Source of the DNA: Eledone cirrhosa
Lineage: Eukaryota
Length of the DNA stretch: 64,000 bases
Reading direction: 5' to 3'
NCBI GenBank assembly: GCA_964016885.1
Contig: OZ024758.1
Coordinates: forward strand, 7,874,001 to 7,938,000
In this document: positions 39,988 to 53,400 of the stretch, piece by piece
Numbering within the stretch: the first letter of the stretch is position 1
Layout: each line of letters opens with the position of its first letter
Notes under the pieces: model-generated
What the model was told of the DNA's origin: nothing
The model's database searches: none
What the model saw: only the letters and a program-made list of their open reading frames with translations
Program-made: the position numbers and the translations under genes

Positions 39988-40944
39988 GACTGTCACAAGT
40001 TAAATTATTCAGGTTGGAAGAGTAAATCAATTGGATTTCTCCCAATGCTTGATTGTTTACTTCTTTATTATTAAAAAAAATAAAAAGCAGGATTTGAACT
40101 CAGATCATGAAGAAACATAACTAAACATTGCTAATCTTTTTTCTCCATTGCTCTATCATTCTGACACTGACAAAAACAAACAAAATTGAAGATGGAGGAA
40201 AGACATGAATTTTTCAGTAGAATGCTCTTTGTATCACTTCTCAATTATTAAGAGAATCCAAAAGCTTTTATTTACATAATGCTTTTACATATCATAAATG
40301 TGTATAATTTAAAATACGAAAACAAGAAAAAAAAACCTGTCATTTACACACCTACAGCTAGATTGCTTTACCATACAACAGGAAACTGCTACCAAATAGA
40401 AGACTATTTTACAGTTTTTTTTATTACAAATCCAAATTTAAGCCACTTCATCCAAAATAAAATTATGCTGTAGACAGATTTACTTCTATAAAAGATCAAA
40501 TGATAATTAATTATAATGATTTGGATTATATTAAATATATCTTAAGAAAATCTCATTGCTTCTTTTATGTTATATAAGAAGTTTCAAAATAAGTAGATCT
40601 CTGGTATTATAAATCTTATCTTTTTGCTCCAGAAAGATGTATATGTGGCTTATTCACTTGTTTTTATGGTACTGTAACTTTGAAATTTTTATTGAAAATT
40701 ATATTAAAAGTGTTTTTTTATCTAAATTCTTATTGAATGAATATTCAAGAATTGCTGTATTACTGTTATAGCTGAGGTAGGATTTATGTTAAATGTTTAA
40801 TTTAAAATGAAATTTTTTGTGTCAATGTTTAACTTAATTTGTGTTTTTAACTGTGTCATCATATTTTCAACTTTTGAAAAATGTGTGAATAATAAATTTT
40901 GGCCAGCAGCATTGATTGCTGCATGTGAGGAAGGTGAGGTCAGA

Positions 40945-41167
40945 TGACACTGCTATGGCCATATGGTAGGGTCAAATGGACATATGCTCGGGTCAAGTGA
41001 CACTGGTATGGACATATGCTAGGGTCAATTGACACTGCTATGGACATATGCTACCGTCAAATGACACTGCTATGGACATATGCTACCGTCAAATGACACT
41101 GGTATGGACATATGCTAGAGTCAATTGACACTGCTATGGACATATGCTACCGTCAATTGACACTGGT
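40945..41167. repeat. Minisatellite, 32-bp unit, about 7 copies
   Basis: gacactgctatggacatatgctaccgtcaaat. Confidence 0.9.
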
Positions 41168-41286
41168 TATTTGCCAAGATCAATTTTGCCATTCAAAATT
41201 CCTGGCTTCATGAAATATTACACAAGTACTGGGGTCAATTTAATTTACTTCGCCCTCCTCCAAATTGTTGATTTGGGCCATGTATT

Positions 41287-41503
41287 AGGTGGATTGGCAG
41301 AATCAGTAGAGTATTAGACCACATGTTTTTGGTATATAGTTAGGTCTCTTTACATTCTGAGTTCAAATCCTGCTGAGGCTAGCTGTGCTTTTCATCCTTA
41401 CAGGGTTGATAAAATAAAGTACCAGTAATATACTGGGGATGATTTTATTGACTTTCCCCTTCCCTTCAAATTGCAGGCCTTGTGCCAAAAGTAGAAACAA
41501 TTA
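41287..41503 (+). mobile_element. Nin-domain SINE
   Basis: ggtggattggcagaatcagtag...ttttcatccttacagggttgataaaataaagtaccag...gtagaaacaatt. Confidence 0.85.
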
Positions 41504-41924
41504 TGTTTTAAAATAAATATGATTCATTACAGACGGCCATATGTTTCACTCTAAGTGAGCCTGTTTCAAACAAACTAGGCATTTAATTCGGTTGATATAA
41601 TCTATGGGAGAGAATGGGTGTCGCTGTCAGACCACATGGAATGTTTTCAATATAAAAGATAAAGAAATGAATGGAGTTTAGGGGTTAGTTATAGAAAAAC
41701 GGTGGTTAGTTAGATAAGGATTGCTGTCAACAAAGATTCAAGGAGATCTAGACTTAGATACAGAAAGTAAGAGACTTTTGTTATATAGAGAACTGCAGAT
41801 TAATAGTGAAGGAGAAGCAGAAGAGACGGTAAATAAAAACCTTATTGCAATTGCTAGCAACTTTAAATGAGAAGCAGGGATACTTTCAAGAAATTGAAAA
41901 AAGTCCTCAGTTGCACTGATGTGT

Positions 41925-42369
41925 CTAACTTTTCAGTTCCCAGGCTGGCCAAAACCGGCCCTGGTTCTATGAAGTAAATTCACCCATTTTAAAGGTTTCT
42001 AGTTTAAATCTTTCAATATAATTTTATGTAAGAACCTTACATTGACCATTTACCATTTACATTACTCTATATTTACTATTATATTTTCACAGTAAAGGCT
42101 TTATCTCACATAATATCGAATCTATGAGATTTTGATATTATTTATTTTGAGAACAATAGCTTAACATCAGTATGAGTGGACAGTTACGGCTGGTTTGAAC
42201 AGAAAGTGATGAGAGAATTCTGGCTGTATACAGCCGGTTTAAATGCTAAAGGGTTATGTTACTATTTTAGTAATGAAATAATTGATAGTTTAGTAAATCC
42301 TTCAAAATTCTTCATTAATTAATCAAAATAGAGTGTATTTCATTAGAAATGTGGTCATGAAAGGGTTAA
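41925..42369. mobile_element. TTAA-type MITE, family B, with a nested family A MITE (42046-42253)
   Basis: cacccattttaaaggttt...gtgtatttcattagaaat...aaaggg|TTAA; relatives at 21949-22180, 54362-54732 and 59953-60192. Confidence 0.7.
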
Positions 42370-42661
42370 CAGAAAATCTATGCTGAGTTGATGAGGTGAA
42401 ATTGAGGCTGAAATACACGTCTATAGCAAAACTAAGATCAGAATGTTGTTAGGTTGTTGTTAACCTGTATACATGTGTCTACAACCTCCCAACCAAAGAT
42501 CAGATGGCCCTTCTTTGTTGAAGAATATTTATGGAATTGTGAGTATCTCCCCATTTCAATGAACTTTCTTGCAATTGCTGTTAGATTTTTGTTTAATTTT
42601 TCTGTCTGGAAAGGAAATTTTAATAAATTTAAGATAAGTTTGTTTGAAACATTGTAGAGTG

Positions 42662-43052
42662 TAGAAAATAGTGTTTTGTTTGAAGGCCATCACAATGTAA
42701 ATTGGATAGTAAATGTTAATATGATATCAAAGATGTTATGATATTATCTTGCAGTTATTTGTAGGTCCTTATATTTCGGAATTACACCCCTTCATCAAAA
42801 GATTAATAGAGGCAACTGACCCAGAGCTGTATATATTTTTGTTGCAGCCATTTTAAAAAATGGCTGCTTAATAATAACAAAGTATAAATATCTCTGAACT
42901 AGATTCTTCTATTAATCTTTTGATGAAGGGATTTTATTCCGAAATATAAGGACCTACAAATAACTGCAAGGTAACATTCTGACATCTTTGTTATCATATT
43001 TTTAATAGTTACTGTCCAATTTACATTGTGCGATCCTTCAAAAACAGTATTT
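42662..43052. repeat. Foldback inverted repeat, ~150-bp imperfect arms
   Basis: ttgcagttatttgtaggtccttatatttcggaat pairs with attccgaaatataaggacctacaaataactgcaa; central gcagccattttaaaaaatggctgc. Confidence 0.85.
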
Positions 43053-43288
43053 ACTTCAGTTAAGAATTTATTGTGCAGAGAGGTGAGTAGAGCTCCCACC
43101 CCTCATCCCACTATCCTTGTTGTCTGAATTCATGCTACTAGCTACTTCAAGTTATCTCCTCTTAGTTCCTTTTCTTTTTACTCACATTCACACACACACA
43201 CATGTATAGTAAAAAGGATGATAATATGGAAAACCTGTACAATACAAGTTAGAAATACAGGAATGAAAACCAGAGTTAAGTAAGTTAA

Positions 43289-43545
43289 CCCTTTAGTGTT
43301 TGCATTACTCTCATCATCATCGTTTAACGTCCATTTTCCACGCTAGCATGGATACTATTGTATCTTTGTGGTAAAGGCTTTACCTCACATAGTTATCTCA
43401 CATAATTCCAAATCTACGAGATGTTGATGTTATTTATTTTGAGAAAAATACCTTAACATCATAATGAGTGGCCAGTTATGGCCAGTTTGAACAGAAAAAG
43501 GTGAGAAAATTCTGGCCAGATATGGACGGTTTAAATGCTAAAGGG
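43289..43545. mobile_element. TTAA MITE, family A, with nested short RTE tail (43312-43351)
   Basis: TTAA|ccctttag ... aatgctaaaggg|TTAA. Confidence 0.85.
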
Positions 43546-45399
43546 TTAAAGTAAACAAAACAACAGTTTACATTTTTACCTTCATTCTGTGAGACCTTCT
43601 CTAGTGGCAACCTGGTGTGATCTTCTACCAACCCAGGCCGAAGAGGGCAAACTGTCAAAGTATCAGCTGCTCTCTGATTGGTTTGTGGTTGAGCCTGTAG
43701 TAGTTGAGACTTCCTGAATCTTGTCCCCCCTCACCCGGACCACATCCCTACTTACTGCTATCAGAGTAGAGTTGGCTGTCTGCAGGTACATGCCCTGCGT
43801 GGCTGTGTGGCTGATCCAGCGCCTCTCCCTCACCACCCTCTTGAGCAATGTATTCTCCATCTTGTTGGCCGAGACCCAGAGAGTAAAGGTAGTTGGAGGT
43901 GGGGGATACTTGTTCAGACGTCACACATTTCCTCTTCTACCTCACTTCCACTCACGTACTGAATCATTTTTATCTTATATTTCAGAATTAGAATTATTTT
44001 TTCAAAAGAATAAAAGTAGAGTGTGATGGTGGATAACAGTGGTGCCCTTCTTTGTCGATATTGAGTCAAAGGGGTGATGGCAAGCACAGACTGGTATAAT
44101 CACAATAATAAACAGTATTTATACATCTCAGACCTATTGTTTATGAGTGGTCTCAGTCTAGTGATGAATATAGCCTTTTTGAATGGCAAGTTTCACAGAA
44201 TAAGTTACACTGCTTTTAAGTGACTTGTGTAAAGTAAATATTTTGTTCAGCACACTGTAATGTTTTAGAGAAACAAAGAACTGTTCTGAAAACAATGAAA
44301 GGGAATATTTACTAGAAAAGAGGAAGTTAATAAATCAATGATTAAAAAAGGATTAGAGATAGCATGAATAAAACTATTCTCATCTATCATTAAATATCTT
44401 CAACAGATACTGGTTTTATTTAGATATCAAGCATGTAATAAGCCATCAATCATTAATACATTTAAATAATTACGGCATCTGTTGAGAAAGAAATCATGCA
44501 TGTAAATACATTACATCAATTGCTAAAAATATCTAACTTCAGATCTAACAAGGAAAACAAATGAATATGCTAGCAATAACAATATTTTTGAAAATAATAG
44601 ATAACAGCTCCTGTTTTACTGGAACATCACCAGGTGTTGAAATTTTCCCCACTTATTATAAGTAACTACCGTAGCATGGCCCCAGCCTCTTAGCTGGAAC
44701 ACATGATAGTGTAATAGAATAGAGTAATAGAGTGTTTATAAAAACAGTATAGTATCAGCAGGAAGCAGACATTTTGGGGAAAAAATGTATTAGGAATGAG
44801 TAATATTCTAGAATAAAAAATACAATAAATGAATCATGAAGTGTCTTAGCACCTTGAAATTCTATATATGGAGATAGCTTGTATGAATAAAGGGGCTTGA
44901 TGCAATAAAAATACATTGCAGATATGCAAAAAGAATTCTTAATCTAGCATATTTCAGCAGTTGGAAAATATTATTTCAGTTAAAGAAGTTAGGTTCTTCT
45001 TTAGGAATTTTTTTTTTTAAATGCCATGTTGAATTTCAGTTCTCATTTGGAAATTGTATTATATGAAATTTTATTGTGGAATTAGTTTGTATTGAGGTGT
45101 GATTTTTTTATGAACAATGTTAACCTTTTAAGGCACATGTTAAATTTTTTTTTTTTTTTTCTATAATGGTCAGAAAGCAAAGAGCAGAAAAATGACTCAT
45201 AACTTTGTATAGTCTGCTAAGTAGAAAAATAGATAAATAGATATATAAAGAACTGGGGTGGGTGAAGCAAGAGATATAGGAATGGTTTGGACATTTATCA
45301 TAGCCAAGGCTGTAATGGCCAAAATGTATTCAAGATGATTTTAAGAAGTAGTAGTGAGGTTAGGATAAGGTCAGTTTTGTGAGACAGTGGGATGAAAGA

Positions 45400-45760
45400 T
45401 AAGTCTGGAGAGATGCTTATATTGGTTGAATGGAGCCAAATGGATGAGTGCTGTGTGTAAGGAGTAAGATGGTGTAATTGTATAAGTGATAGAATAATTA
45501 AATCTAAACTAGTGATAAGACACATGACATTATTATTGCCATCTCCATATACTTCACAAGTAGGATTAATAGACAGATAGACCTGTTAGTTATTTGAGGA
45601 GGCCATATCAGGAAGTATTAAAACATAGCGGTTACAGTCATGATATACAAAATTAAGATTTATAGAATTGGGTGTTGGTAAGATCTTTTGTAATACACAT
45701 TTCAGGAAAAAACAGCCAGCCAAATTGAGTTTGTTCTTACTGGGAAATGGCTGTAAATAC
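45400..45760 (+). mobile_element. Highly decayed LINE (RTE-like) AP-endonuclease fragment
   Basis: Frameshifted remnants IIAISIY..QVG, CNTHFR and SQIEFVLT resemble endonuclease motifs ISAYAPQVG, NTxF and SQIDYIL. Confidence 0.45.
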
Positions 45761-46292
45761 CAAATATCTCTATTCTTAAAAAACTACTCTTCAGCATATG
45801 TTATTTGTTGAGGATAAAGAGATTTTTAAACAAATCTTTCTCATGCCTGGAGGCTCATCAAGCGACTGAGAGTACAAACACCCTGCTGGACAGAACACCA
45901 GTCCATCATAGAGTTAAACCCCCAGCTACTGCTGGTACTAATTTTCAGCTGAGTATACTGGAGCAACATGAAATGAAGTGTTGTGTTGAAGAACACACAA
46001 CCCAGTACAGGAATCGATCCCATGACGACATTATGATTGTAAGTCCAACTCCCTTACCACTAGGCTATATACCTCCGCGATAAAAAGGTTAGCTAGAAAG
46101 TAATGTATAGGAGATGGAAGTTGTGATATAGAACTTAGTGTTAGGCAAGACTTGCAGCGATCACTAACTAGCTGGTCACCTTATCTAGATGGAGAGGTAG
46201 GACTGGGAAATTATAACATAAGCACATTCAGTGTTTTTAACCTATTTTGTCCTACGACTCACTTTGGTCTTCAAGAAAAAAAAAAGAAAAAC

Positions 46293-47249
46293 TTGTACCT
46301 CACTATGGTAGGACAAAGTTATATAACATTATATAGGTTGTACCTCACTGTGATAGGACAAAGTTATATAACATTATGTATGTTGTACCCCACTGTGATA
46401 GGACAAAGTTATATAACATTATATAGGCTGTACCTCACTGTGATAGGACAAAGTTATATAACATTATATAGGCTGTACCTCACTGTGATAGGACAAAGTT
46501 ATATAACATTATGTATGTTGTACCCCACTGTGATAGGACAAAGTTATATAACATTATATAGGCTGTACCTCACTGTGATAGGACAAAGTTATATAACATT
46601 ATATAGGCTGTACCTCACTGTGATAGGACAAAGTTATATAACATTATATATGTTGTACCCCACTATGGTAGGACAAAGTTATATAACATTATATAGGCTG
46701 TACCTCACTGTGATAGGACAAAGTTATATAACATTATGTATGTTGTACCTCACTGTGATAGGACAAAGTTATATAACATTATATAGGCTGTACCTCACTG
46801 TGATAGGACAAAGTTATATAACATTATATAGGCTGTACCTCACTGTGATAGGACAAAGTTATATAACATATATGTTGTACCTCACTGTGATAGGACAAAG
46901 TTATATAACATTATATAGGCTGTACCTCACTGTGATAGGACAAAGTTATATAACATTATATAGGCTGTACCTCACTGTGATAGGACAAAGTTATATAACA
47001 TTATGTATGTTGTACCTCATAAGGGCGGTGGATTGGCAGTATCGGTAGAGGGTCGGACGCCATGCTTTGCAGCAAAGAGTTACGGCCCTTTATGGTCTGA
47101 GTTCAAATCCTGCCGAGGTTAACTTTGCCTTTCATCCTTACAGGGTTGATAAAATACAGTACCAGTGATGCACTGAGATAATTGCTGGCCTTGTGCCTAA
47201 AGTAGAAACAATTATTTATGTTGTACCTCACTGTGGTTGGACAAAGTTA
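46293..47249. repeat. Minisatellite, 45-bp unit, about 16 copies, last unit split by a SINE
   Basis: tgtacctcactgtgataggacaaagttatataacattatataggc. Confidence 0.95.
47020..47216 (+). mobile_element. Full-length Nin-domain SINE with 14-bp flanking direct repeat
   Basis: tatgttgtacctca at 47006-47019 and 47217-47230. Confidence 0.9.
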
Positions 47250-47251
47250 GT

Positions 47252-47422
47252 ATCATCATCATCGTTTAACGTTCACTTTCCACGCTAGCATGGGTTAGAC
47301 GGGTTGTCCCATTTGAGGTAAGTTGGGTCAGGTGACCATGTCTGCTCATATAGAACTGTTTCTGGCTGGTTTTCTACAGCTGGATTCCTTTCCTAATGCC
47401 AACCACATTTGCAATGTGTGCC
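47252..47422 (-). mobile_element. RTE-tailed SINE 3' part hosting the large array
   Basis: atcatcatcgtttaacgttcactttccacgctagcatggg...tttctacagctggattcctttcctaatgccaacc. Confidence 0.85.
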
Positions 47423-50400
47423 GGGTGCTTTTTGTCGTGACACCTACATGTCCATTTTACAGTGTGGACTGGGTGCTTTTTGTCGTGACACCTACATGTC
47501 CATTTTACAGTGTGGACTGGGTGCTTTTTGTCGTGACACCTACATGTCCATTTTACAGTGTGGACTGGGTGCTTTTTGTCGTGACACCTACATGTCCATT
47601 TTACAGTGTGGACTGGGTGCTTTTTGTCGTGACACCTACATGTCCATTTTACAGTGTGGACTGGGTGCTTTTTGTCGTGACACCTACATGTCCATTTTAC
47701 AGTGTGGACTAGGTGCTTTTTGTCGTGACACCTACATGTCCATTTTACAGTGTGGACTAGGTGCATTTTGTCGTGACACCTACATGTCCATTTTACAGTG
47801 TGGACTGGGTGCTTTTTGTCGTGACACCTACATGTCCATTTTACAGTGTGGACTAGGTGCTTTTTGTCGTGACACCTACATGTCCATTTTACAGTGTGGA
47901 CTAGGTGCTTTTTGTCGTGACACCTACATGTCCATTTTACAGTGTGGACTGGGTGCTTTTTGTCGTGACACCTACATGTCCATTTTACAGTGTGGACTAG
48001 GTGCTTTTTGTCGTGACACCTACATGTCCATTTTACAGTGTGAACTAGGTGCTTTTTGTCGTGACACCTACATGTCCATTTTACAGTGTGGACTAGGTGC
48101 TTTTTGTCGTGACACCTACATGTCCATTTTACAGTGTGGACTGGGTGCTTTTTGTCGTGACACCTACATGTCCATTTTACAGTGTGGACTATGTGCTTTT
48201 TGTCGTGACACCTACATGTCCATTTTACAGTGTGGACTAGGTGCATTTTGTCGTGACACCTACATGTCCATTTTACAGTGTGGACTGGGTGCTTTTTGTC
48301 GTGACACCTACATGTCCATTTTACAGTGTGGACTAGGTGCTTTTTGTCGTGACACCTACATGTCCATTTTACAGTGTGGACTAGGTGCATTTTGTCGTGA
48401 CACCTACATGTCCATTTTACAGTGTGGACTGGGTGCTTTTTGTCGTGACACCCAACATGTCCATTTTACAGTGTGGACTAGGTGCTTTTTGTCGTGACAC
48501 CTACATGTCCATTTTACAGTGTGGACTAGGTGCATTTTGTCGTGACACCTACATGTCCATTTTACAGTGTGGACTGGGTGCTTTTTGTCGTGACACCTAC
48601 ATGTCCATTTTACAGTGTGGACTAGGTGCTTTTTGTCGTGACACCTACATGTCCATTTTACAGTGTGGACTAGGTGCTTTTTGTCGTGACACCTACATGT
48701 CCATTTTACAGTGTGGACTGGGTGCTTTTTGTCGTGACACCTACATGTCCATTTTACAGTGTGGACTAGGTGCTTTTTGTCGTGACACCTACATGTCCAT
48801 TTTACAGTGTGAACTAGGTGCTTTTTGTCGTGACACCTACATGTCCATTTTACAGTGTGGACTGGGTGCTTTTTGTCGTGACACCTACATGTCCATTTTA
48901 CAGTGTGGACTAGGTGCTTTTTGTCGTGACACCTACATGTCCATTTTACAGTGTGGACTAGGTGCTTTTTGTCGTGACACCTACATGTCCATTTTACAGT
49001 GTGAACTAGGTGCTTTTTGTCGTGACACCTACATGTCCATTTTACAGTGTGGACTGGGTGCTTTTTGTCGTGACACCTACATGTCCATTTTACAGTGTGG
49101 ACTAGGTGCATTTTGTCGTGACACCTACATGTCCATTTTACAGTGTGGACTAGGTGCATTTTGTCGTGACACCTACATGTCCATTTTACAGTGTGGACTA
49201 GGTGCTTTTTGTCGTGACACCTACATGTCCATTTTACAGTGTGGACTAGGTGCTTTTTGTCGTGACACCTACATGTCCATTTTACAGTGTGGACTAGGTG
49301 CATTTTGTCGTGACACCTACATGTCCATTTTACAGTGTGGACTAGGTGCATTTTGTCGTGACACCTACATGTCCATTTTACAGTGTGGACTAGGTGCATT
49401 TTGTCGTGACACCTACATGTCCATTTTACAGTGTGGACTGGGTGCTTTTTGTCGTGACACCTACATGTCCATTTTACAGTGTGGACTAGGTGCTTTTTGT
49501 CGTGACACCTACATGTCCATTTTACAGTGTGGACTAGGTGCTTTTTGTCGTGACACCTACATGTCCATTTTACAGTGTGGACTGGGTGCTTTTTGTCGTG
49601 ACACCTACATGTCCATTTTACAGTGTGGACTAGGTGCTTTTTGTCGTGACACCTACATGTCCATTTTACAGTGTGAACTAGGTGCTTTTTGTCGTGACAC
49701 CTACATGTCCATTTTACAGTGTGGACTGGGTGCTTTTTGTCGTGACACCTACATGTCCATTTTACAGTGTGGACTAGGTGCTTTTTGTCGTGACACCTAC
49801 ATGTCCATTTTACAGTGTGGACTAGGTGCTTTTTGTCGTGACACCTACATGTCCATTTTACAGTGTGAACTAGGTGCTTTTTGTCGTGACACCTACATGT
49901 CCATTTTACAGTGTGGACTGGGTGCTTTTTGTCGTGACACCTACATGTCCATTTTACAGTGTGGACTAGGTGCATTTTGTCGTGACACCTACATGTCCAT
50001 TTTACAGTGTGGACTAGGTGCATTTTGTCGTGACACCTACATGTCCATTTTACAGTGTGGACTAGGTGCTTTTTGTCGTGACACCTACATGTCCATTTTA
50101 CAGTGTGGACTAGGTGCTTTTTGTCGTGACACCTACATGTCCATTTTACAGTGTGGACTAGGTGCATTTTGTCGTGACACCTACATGTCCATTTTACAGT
50201 GTGGACTAGGTGCATTTTGTCGTGACACCTACATGTCCATTTTACAGTGTGGACTAGGTGCTTTTTGTCGTGACACCTACATGTCCATTTTACAGTGTGA
50301 ACTAGGTGCTTTTTGTCGTGACACCTACATGTCCATTTTACAGTGTGGACTAGGTGCTTTTTGTCGTGACACCTACATGTCCATTTTACAGTGTGGACTA

Positions 50401-53400
50401 GGTGCTTTTTGTCGTGACACCTACATGTCCATTTTACAGTGTGGACTAGGTGCATTTTGTCGTGACACCTACATGTCCATTTTACAGTGTGGACTAGGTG
50501 CTTTTTGTCGTGACACCTACATGTCCATTTTACAGTGTGGACTAGGTGCTTTTTGTCGTGACACCTACATGTCCATTTTACAGTGTGGACTGGGTGCTTT
50601 TTGTCGTGACACCTACATGTCCATTTTACAGTGTGGACTAGGTGCTTTTTGTCGTGACACCTACATGTCCATTTTACAGTGTGAACTAGGTGCTTTTTGT
50701 CGTGACACCTACATGTCCATTTTACAGTGTGGACTAGGTGCTTTTTGTCGTGACACCTACATGTCCATTTTACAGTGTGGACTGGGTGCTTTTTGTCGTG
50801 ACACCTACATGTCCATTTTACAGTGTGGACTATGTGCTTTTTGTCGTGACACCTACATGTCCATTTTACAGTGTGGACTAGGTGCATTTTGTCGTGACAC
50901 CTACATGTCCATTTTACAGTGTGGACTGGGTGCTTTTTGTCGTGACACCTACATGTCCATTTTACAGTGTGGACTAGGTGCTTTTTGTCGTGACACCTAC
51001 ATGTCCATTTTACAGTGTGGACTAGGTGCATTTTGTCGTGACACCTACATGTCCATTTTACAGTGTGGACTGGGTGCTTTTTGTCGTGACACCTACATGT
51101 CCATTTTACAGTGTGGACTAGGTGCTTTTTGTCGTGACACCTACATGTCCATTTTACAGTGTGGACTAGGTGCATTTTGTCGTGACACCTACATGTCCAT
51201 TTTACAGTGTGGACTGGGTGCTTTTTGTCGTGACACCTACATGTCCATTTTACAGTGTGGACTAGGTGCTTTTTGTCGTGACACCTACATGTCCATTTTA
51301 CAGTGTGGACTAGGTGCATTTTGTCGTGACACCTACATGTCCATTTTACAGTGTGGACTGGGTGCTTTTTGTCGTGACACCTACATGTCCATTTTACAGT
51401 GTGGACTGGGTGCTTTTTGTCGTGACACCTACATGTCCATTTTACAGTGTGGACTAGGTGCTTTTTGTCGTGACACCTACATGTCCATTTTACAGTGTGG
51501 ACTAGGTGCATTTTGTCGTGACACCTACATGTCCATTTTACAGTGTGGACTGGGTGCTTTTTGTCGTGACACCTACATGTCCATTTTACAGTGTGGACTG
51601 GGTGCTTTTTGTCGTGACACCTACATGTCCATTTTACAGTGTGGACTAGGTGCTTTTTGTCGTGACACCTACATGTCCATTTGACAGTGTGGACTAGGTG
51701 CTTTTTGTCGTGACACCTACATGTCCATTTTACAGTGTGGACTAGGTGCATTTTGTCGTGACACCTACATGTCCATTTTACAGTGTGGACTAGGTGCTTT
51801 TTGTCGTGACACCTACATGTCCATTTTACAGTGTGGACTAGGTGCATTTTGTCGTGACACCTACATGTCCATTTTACAGTGTGGACTAGGTGCTTTTTGT
51901 CGTGACACCTACATGTCCATTTTACAGTGTGGACTAGGTGCATTTTGTCGTGACACCTACATGTCCATTTTACAGTGTGAACTAGGTGCTTTTTGTCGTG
52001 ACACCTACATGTCCATTTTACAGTGTGGACTAGGTGCATTTTGTCGTGACACCTACATGTCCATTTTACAGTGTGGACTAGGTGCATTTTGTCGTGACAC
52101 CTACATGTCCATTTTACAGTGTGGACTAGGTGCTTTTTGTCGTGACACCTACATGTCCATTTTACAGTGTGGACTAGGTGCATTTTGTCGTGACACCTAC
52201 ATGTCCATTTTACAGTGTGGACTAGGTGCATTTTGTCGTGACACCTACATGTCCATTTTACAGTGTGGACTAGGTGCTTTTTGTCGTGACACCTACATGT
52301 CCATTTTACAGTGTGGACTAGGTGCATTTTGTCGTGACACCTACATGTCCATTTTACAGTGTGAACTAGGTGCTTTTTGTCGTGACACCTACATGTCCAT
52401 TTTACAGTGTGGACTAGGTGCATTTTGTCGTGACACCTACATGTCCATTTTACAGTGTGGACTAGGTGCATTTTGTCGTGACACCTACATGTCCATTTTA
52501 CAGTGTGGACTAGGTGCTTTTTGTCGTGACACCTACATGTCCATTTTACAGTGTGGACTAGGTGCATTTTGTCGTGACACCTACATGTCCATTTTACAGT
52601 GTGGACTAGGTGCTTTTTGTCGTGACACCTACATGTCCATTTTACAGTGTGAACTAGGTGCTTTTTGTCGTGACACCTACATGTCCATTTTACAGTGTGG
52701 ACTAGGTGCATTTTGTCGTGACACCTACATGTCCATTTTACAGTGTGGACTAGGTGCTTTTTGTCGTGACACCTACATGTCCATTTTACAGTGTGGACTA
52801 GGTGCATTTTGTCGTGACACCTACATGTCCATTTTACAGTGTGGACTAGGTGCTTTTTGTCGTGACACCTACATGTCCATTTTACAGTGTGGACTAGGTG
52901 CATTTTGTCGTGACACCTACATGTCCATTTTACAGTGTGGACTAGGTGCTTTTTGTCGTGACACCTACATGTCCATTTTACAGTGTGGACTAGGTGCTTT
53001 TTGTCGTGACACCTACATGTCCATTTTACAGTGTGGACTAGGTGCTTTTTGTCGTGACACCTACATGTCCATTTTACAGTGTGGACTAGGTGCTTTTTGT
53101 CGTGACACCTACATGTCCATTTTACAGTGTGGACTAGGTGCTTTTTGTCGTGACACCTACATGTCCATTTTACAGTGTGGACTAGGTGCATTTTGTCGTG
53201 ACACCTACATGTCCATTTTACAGTGTGAACTAGGTGCTTTTTGTCGTGACACCTACATGTCCATTTTACAGTGTGGACTAGGTGCATTTTGTCGTGACAC
53301 CTACATGTCCATTTTACAGTGTGGACTAGGTGCTTTTTGTCGTGACACCTACATGTCCATTTTACAGTGTGGACTAGGTGCTTTTTGTCGTGACACCTAC

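Noticed and set aside
40633-40668. Possible exon KDVYVAYSLVFM, and other micro-exon candidates near 2660 and 25717
   Set aside because: Weak donor or acceptor, short, and expected by chance in AT-rich DNA
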